64,000 nt of DNA, taken from the NCBI RefSeq assembly GCF_009914755.1, contig NC_060939.1, one strand, 5' to 3'. Under the pieces are notes generated by a model. It made no database searches. It saw only the letters and a list, made by a program, of their open reading frames with translations, and was not told the DNA's origin. Shown piece after piece: positions 58,840 to 64,000 of the stretch. This DNA is from the human T2T-CHM13v2.0 reference genome, Homo sapiens. Both the position numbers and the translations under genes were made by a program. Each line of letters begins with the position of its first letter. Positions within the stretch are counted from its first letter, which is position 1.

Positions 58840-60530
58840 TCCCATTCTGCACTACTCTGCCCTTAGAACACTAGAAGCCAGCCTTATACCACCAAAGCAG
58901 GAGATTGGGTTGTTCCTTTCTGTCAAAAGTGATCAGACAAAAGGAAGCAAAGGGAATCCAAACAAAATAGCCAGGTTATTGCCCAGTCATTCTAGATCAA
59001 GTACCCTGGTCTGCTCACTCACATAGATTTTCCCATCATCTTTTTAGTATCTTACTCTTAACTATGTATGCACAGCCCAGGATTGTCTCTCATTTAAGGA
59101 AAGCTTCAGGCATGAAAGGCAGATACCAGTGTAGGGAGAAGAAGAAAACAACATCAACACCCAATTTATATTCTCAAAAAAGAAAAATAACAAAATGTAG
59201 AGGAAAAAGAAAAGAGAAATGCAGAAAATTAAAAGAGTTCATGGAAATTAAAAATTTAATGTAAGCGTTAGGAGATAAAATTGAGGAAAATCCCAGAAGA
59301 TAGAGCTAAAAGACAAGAGATGTAAAAATGCACAAGGAAAAAGAAAATAGAGTAAAGGAAAAATGAGATTATCAGTCTAGGAAGACCTGTGTCTGAATAA
59401 TAAGTGTATAAGAAAGAGAACACAAAGACATGGAAGGAAGATTATTGTAAGAAAACTTCCCAGAACTGAAGGGGACATACATCTCTAAGTTTAAAAGGAT
59501 CGACAGTTATCAGTTTATGCAATTAAAAAAAAAAAAGACCAACCCCAAGGCACAACATTGTAAAATTTCAGAACAGATTAAGAGAAGCTGCTATGATTCC
59601 AGATGGGGATATATAGTTGACTATGAAGGATTATGGGTCAGATTGGTACTAGGCTTCTTAACACTGGAAGCCAGAAAACAATAAGGAAAGGCCTTCAAAA
59701 TCTTGACACAACATGATTTCCTGCCCAGCACTCTGTACTGAGCCAAACTCAGTCGTAAGGGTAAATGAAGATTTTAAAAATACAATGCAAGGAATAAAAA
59801 CATCGTACCTCACATGCCCCCTTTCTCAGAAAGCTGCTAGAGGAAATACCCCACTAAAAAGAGAAAACCAAGAAAGGGGAAGTAGTGGCATAAGGAAACG
59901 GGATCCAGTATAAAAGAGAGACAAGGGAATTCCTGGGATAAGCTAAAGGGAAATTCCATGACCATAATTGTGCACCAGGCTTGGAGAGCCTACAGTCCAA
60001 ATTGGAATATGGTGGAGGGCTACAGGAAAGAAAACTGATTTACCTGATGTATTTGAATATATTGAGAAGAAAGTTAATACTTTTAGCTGTTTGCAGATGA
60101 ATTAGCAGTAGGTACCTAGAAACCTAAGCAAATGGAAAAATGGTGTAGTTATTAACTGTAAGGAAAGCAAAGTTATACAGAAAAGAGTAATCATGATGTA
60201 CTTTTGGCTCAGCTGTGAATATTATTTACAGCCATAGTAATAATGTAAGTACTGACAATTGATTCAACCAAAAATTATGATAGAAAGATGAGGGAGAGAA
60301 GATGTAACAGAGCTAAACCATTATATTTTATAATAGGAAGTCAGTAGAGTCCTCAAAGAAAAAATTAAACAGCTGCATAGACCTACTACATAGAATATAG
60401 AGAAAAAAATGCCAGAAGAACTAGCTAAAAAGACTTGAAAGTGGTTGCCTTGGGGATTTGAAAATTGTGGGGTATGTTAAAGGGGGAAGGGACTGCTGTT
60501 TTTCTTGTAAAACTTTTTGGTTTTTTAAAT
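58840..60530 (+). mobile_element. HAL1 / ancient L1-related ORF1-like element
   Basis: gaaaacttcccagaactgaagg...ccaaggcacaacattgtaaaatttcagaaca...acactggaagccagaa...ctttctcagaaagctgctagagg...aaccaagaaagggg; A-rich sense strand. Confidence 0.65.
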
Positions 60531-63169
60531 TGTGTTCACGTCTGTCAGATTATGAAAATTAGTTTTAAGAGGTTGCTCCTTACAGAATGCTCTTGCATTC
60601 AAAATATATACAGTTCTGAGGCATTCTAAATCCCCTAGGATTCTGAGATCTCTATCAATTGAGGACGTAGAGTCAGCAGAATGCTACAAAATTGCTGAGG
60701 AAGTAATGATTTCTAATAGTAGTAGTGGTTGATGCAATCCTTAGTTGTAAATATTTATTTTGTTGTAGTGCTAACAAATGGAGATTTTTAAACACCTTAA
60801 ATGCAGATTAAAATATATTTCATTTCAACAACTCAGATGTGTTAGTGTTTAGTTTTCCTCAGTGTTGTCAACACTTTTCATTGTGAATTGACTGCTTTAT
60901 GCTTCTTTGCAGCTTTTCTGTTGAAAGATGCTTCAGTGTTTCCCGCCCCCTTCTTTTATTTCATTTTAAAAAATACTGCATGCTTATCACAGTCCTTAAG
61001 AGTATGCAACAGCTGTTCCAATAATAGCAATAGATAGCACCTGATTTTTCATTATACCTGATTATAAGTTGCAATGGTTAATTTGAATCCACATTCTTTT
61101 CTTATCTTAATCGCCAGTTTTTAAAAGCCAAAATGTTGAAGCTTGAAATGGAGATTGAGTTAAATAAATTAATCTTCAAATAGGTTTTTCTGTTATCCAA
61201 TTAAAGGCATGTGGTTCGTTTCCTCTTAATGTCAACATATTATAGCATGAAAGAAAGTACATTTGGAGTAGAACCAGTTGCATGACATTCAACACGTTTC
61301 TTAACCTTGCTAAGTCTTATTTTCCCACCTGAAAAGTGAGAACAGTACCTGCCTGATAATTATGACAATTGATGATGAATCCTGTAAAAAAAAAAAAAAA
61401 CACCCAGTTACTCAGGAGGCCGAGGCAGGATCACTTGAGCCTAGGTGTTTGAGAACAGTCTGGGCAACATAGCAAGACCCTATCTCTTAAATAACAAACA
61501 AAACTAAAAAGCTTGGCTTGCTGATAGCAGCTACTATTTGAGTACCTACTATGTACCAAGTATTGTTATTGCTGCTGCTACTCTTTGTTTCAGAGAGAGA
61601 CAAAAAATGTAATTGAGGGCGCTCAAGTTTATTGTTGTGTCATAAACTTTTTTGGACCATCAAGCAAGAGATTTTATGAGAAATGTCAACATATTCTTCT
61701 ACAAAAATAGGAAAATGATACATCTGCATTGCATCTGAATCTTTGTACCTATGGAATAAAGACAAAAGCTGTCATCAATGCAGAGTTTACAGTAGTCACT
61801 GAATTTTGCTGGTTTGTTTTTGATTTAGGAGAATGGAGTTGAAATAGTTCTCTTCAAAATTTGTACTTTTTTTTTCTGTAAAATGCAGTACATTTGACCC
61901 ATGCCAACTTAAATTTATTTTTAACCTCTAATCCTTGAAGTTTCATGTTATTTATTTAAAAGCAGTTTACTTATTAATAGTACATTTCAGTTTGAAGTCC
62001 CTGTTCCTTTTTAAATAATAAAAGTCTTTAGAAGTATTTTGTACTCTTTTGGTGAGTAGGGAGAAATTGATATCCTGCTGATATTATAGTTAGTAATTGT
62101 TTACAATCTTTGATAACATTAAAAAGAGAAAACATTTCTAAGATTTGGGTGGAATTTGTTAAGGTTTACGTTATATCTTTGCATGCCTCTACAGAACATG
62201 AATTTGAGCATTTATTTGGATAAGTTATCGCTGTAGATGCTACCTCCCACCCTTTCTTCTGGTGTCCTTTCTTACTTGTTTATTTGTTCGTTCATTCATT
62301 CACTCATTGATTATGCAGGCATTTGAAGAGTTTCCACTGTTGTCAGGCCCTAGTTGTAGATGCTGAGGGTAATATGGTTGTGTACCATGGAGAACCCTGG
62401 TTTGCTTATAGAATCACTTGTGTAAACAGAAAATTACAATAAAGCAAAATAAATGCTAAAATACAGATGCGAAAAGTGGCCTTTGTAAAAATAGTGAGAG
62501 TAAAGATCATCCTACCAAGGCTAATGGCCAAAGGCTAACAAAAGCTGGACCTTGAGGAAAGAGTTTTCCAAGCCAGAGAAGTAAAGGAAGGACTCATATT
62601 TCTTTGATTAACCAGCTATATTGCTTATAAAGCTCTTTATATACTTTTCTCCTCAGTATTTTATTTTTTGCTTAATGGTTTTGCCACCTGCAAAGAACCC
62701 TTAGAGAATTGGCTGGGGTTATCATTGTGAGTGGTGGTGAGTTAGGGAAGGCAGCATAAGCATAGCTTTTGTGTATTTGGTATGAGGTGAAGGAATTAGT
62801 TGGAGAAATAGAGAGCAAATGGTAAGCTTACATGTGTCTTTTTATCCTAATACTCCCTGTCAGTGGTGATGCAATCTTTTAGGATTCTGCTAATAGCTGT
62901 GTGATCTTGGGTAAGTGATTTCTTCTCTTTGGATTCCATTTTCCACCACTTTAAAATGGGAGGATTGGTATAGATGGTCATTTCCTATTAGTAGGTGGGG
63001 AAAAAGGAGAAAGGGGGACTAAATAAGTTTGCGAACATAGGTAAACAAAGTTAAATAGATTACTGCAGCCTCATGCATTATGGCATATGAATTGGGTTGC
63101 TGGACTTCTAGCTTGGCCTTGCAAGTTAAGTGAGAGTCAGTAATATGAGTCCAGCTCTGTCTTTTTCCT

Positions 63170-63350
63170 AATGGTTTAGTGGAAAGAGCATGGGCTTTAG
63201 AATCAGACATATCTGGGTTTGAATCCTGACTACTCCTTAGTAGCTTTATGGCTTTATAAGTTATCTAACCTTTCTGAACTTGTCTCCTCATGTATAAATC
63301 AGGCAGGATAATACCTTGCGGAGTTGTAAAGATAATGACATTCCATGTGA
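63170..63350 (+). mobile_element. MIR
   Basis: gtggaaagagcatgggctttagaatcagac...ctgggtttgaatcctgact...aagttatctaacctttctgaac. Confidence 0.75.
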
Positions 63351-63926
63351 AAATATCAAATAGAATATCTGATATATAATTGGTCAAAAAAGGTGTAACT
63401 TAAGTCTACAAATTCCAGAGTTAGTACAGAATGTAAGTAACACTTGATAATAGCTATTGATATCCTGCCTACATCTGGTGTTTGAGATGGACTGTTTGTT
63501 GTTTCATATATACTTATAATTCTTCCCCAAGAAAACAAAATATTCTTGAGAGCACATCATTACGTTTTGCCATCTACATAGCACTCGACATTCTCCTGGA
63601 GACTCAGTAAGTGCTTGATAAATACCTGACAGTTTCATCAAAACAGTGGAATAAAGTGAGGTGTGGTTTTCCCTGGTGTATACTTTATCCTATATTTCTT
63701 ATAACCAAGGGTAGAAGTCAATGAATTTATGAATATTAATTTTAAATTTCTTTGGTTACTTAACGTTAAATGATTAAATTTGAAGTTTGAAATAATAGGA
63801 TTATAAGTGAGCTGGCCTTTATTTGCTTAAGTAAACCATAAGAAGGGGGTTATAATAAAGTGTCATTTAATAGTGTAAATTATATTATTGGAATACTAAT
63901 GTTTTACATTTTGTTTTTTCTCTAAG

Positions 63927-64000
63927 CAAATGGTTATGAGCCTTAGAGTTTCTGAACTCCAAGTACTGTTGGGCTACGCCGGGAGAAACAAGCACGGACG
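63927..64000 (+). CDS. PIAS1: PIAS1 exon 2, 5' part (QMVMSLRVSELQVLLGYAGRNKHG-; start of SAP domain with LxxLL motif LQVLL), truncated by the window end
   Basis: Branch-point-like TACTAAT at 63894-63900, pyrimidine tract ttttgttttttctct, AG at 63925-63926, then an open frame CAA ATG GTT ATG AGC CTT AGA GTT TCT GAA CTC CAA GTA CTG TTG GGC TAC GCC GGG AGA AAC AAG CAC GGA. Confidence 0.97.

Overview
This is primate genomic DNA (human or great ape, Alu-rich) covering the 5' end of PIAS1 (SUMO E3 ligase) on the + strand. Positions ~1-31.5 kb are an intergenic stack of decayed transposable elements: many LTRs, an old near-full-length L1 with nested insertions, an ERV env relic, DNA transposons and Alus. 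A CpG-island promoter (~31.55-32.75 kb) holds coding exon 1 (MADSAELK, 31942-31965). A 31,961-bp intron 1 follows, and exon 2 starts at 63927 (QMVMSLRVSELQVLLGYAGRNKHG..., SAP domain) and runs off the window. Almost all ORFs in the supplied track are repeat-derived artefacts. I found no new multi-gene system. The most interesting signals are: (1) intron-1 splice cassettes that could change or silence the PIAS1 N-terminus, namely an alternative coding exon MFTLQDSYVK at 33499-33528 and a candidate poison exon at 39012-39063; and (2) several templated-insertion or template-switch scars, namely a 101-bp inverted copy inside an Alu, a perfect Alu fold-back hairpin, displaced L1 pieces and a collapsed mini-Alu. 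Repeat family names come from recalled consensus sequences, not from a RepeatMasker run. Boundaries of old repeats are approximate.
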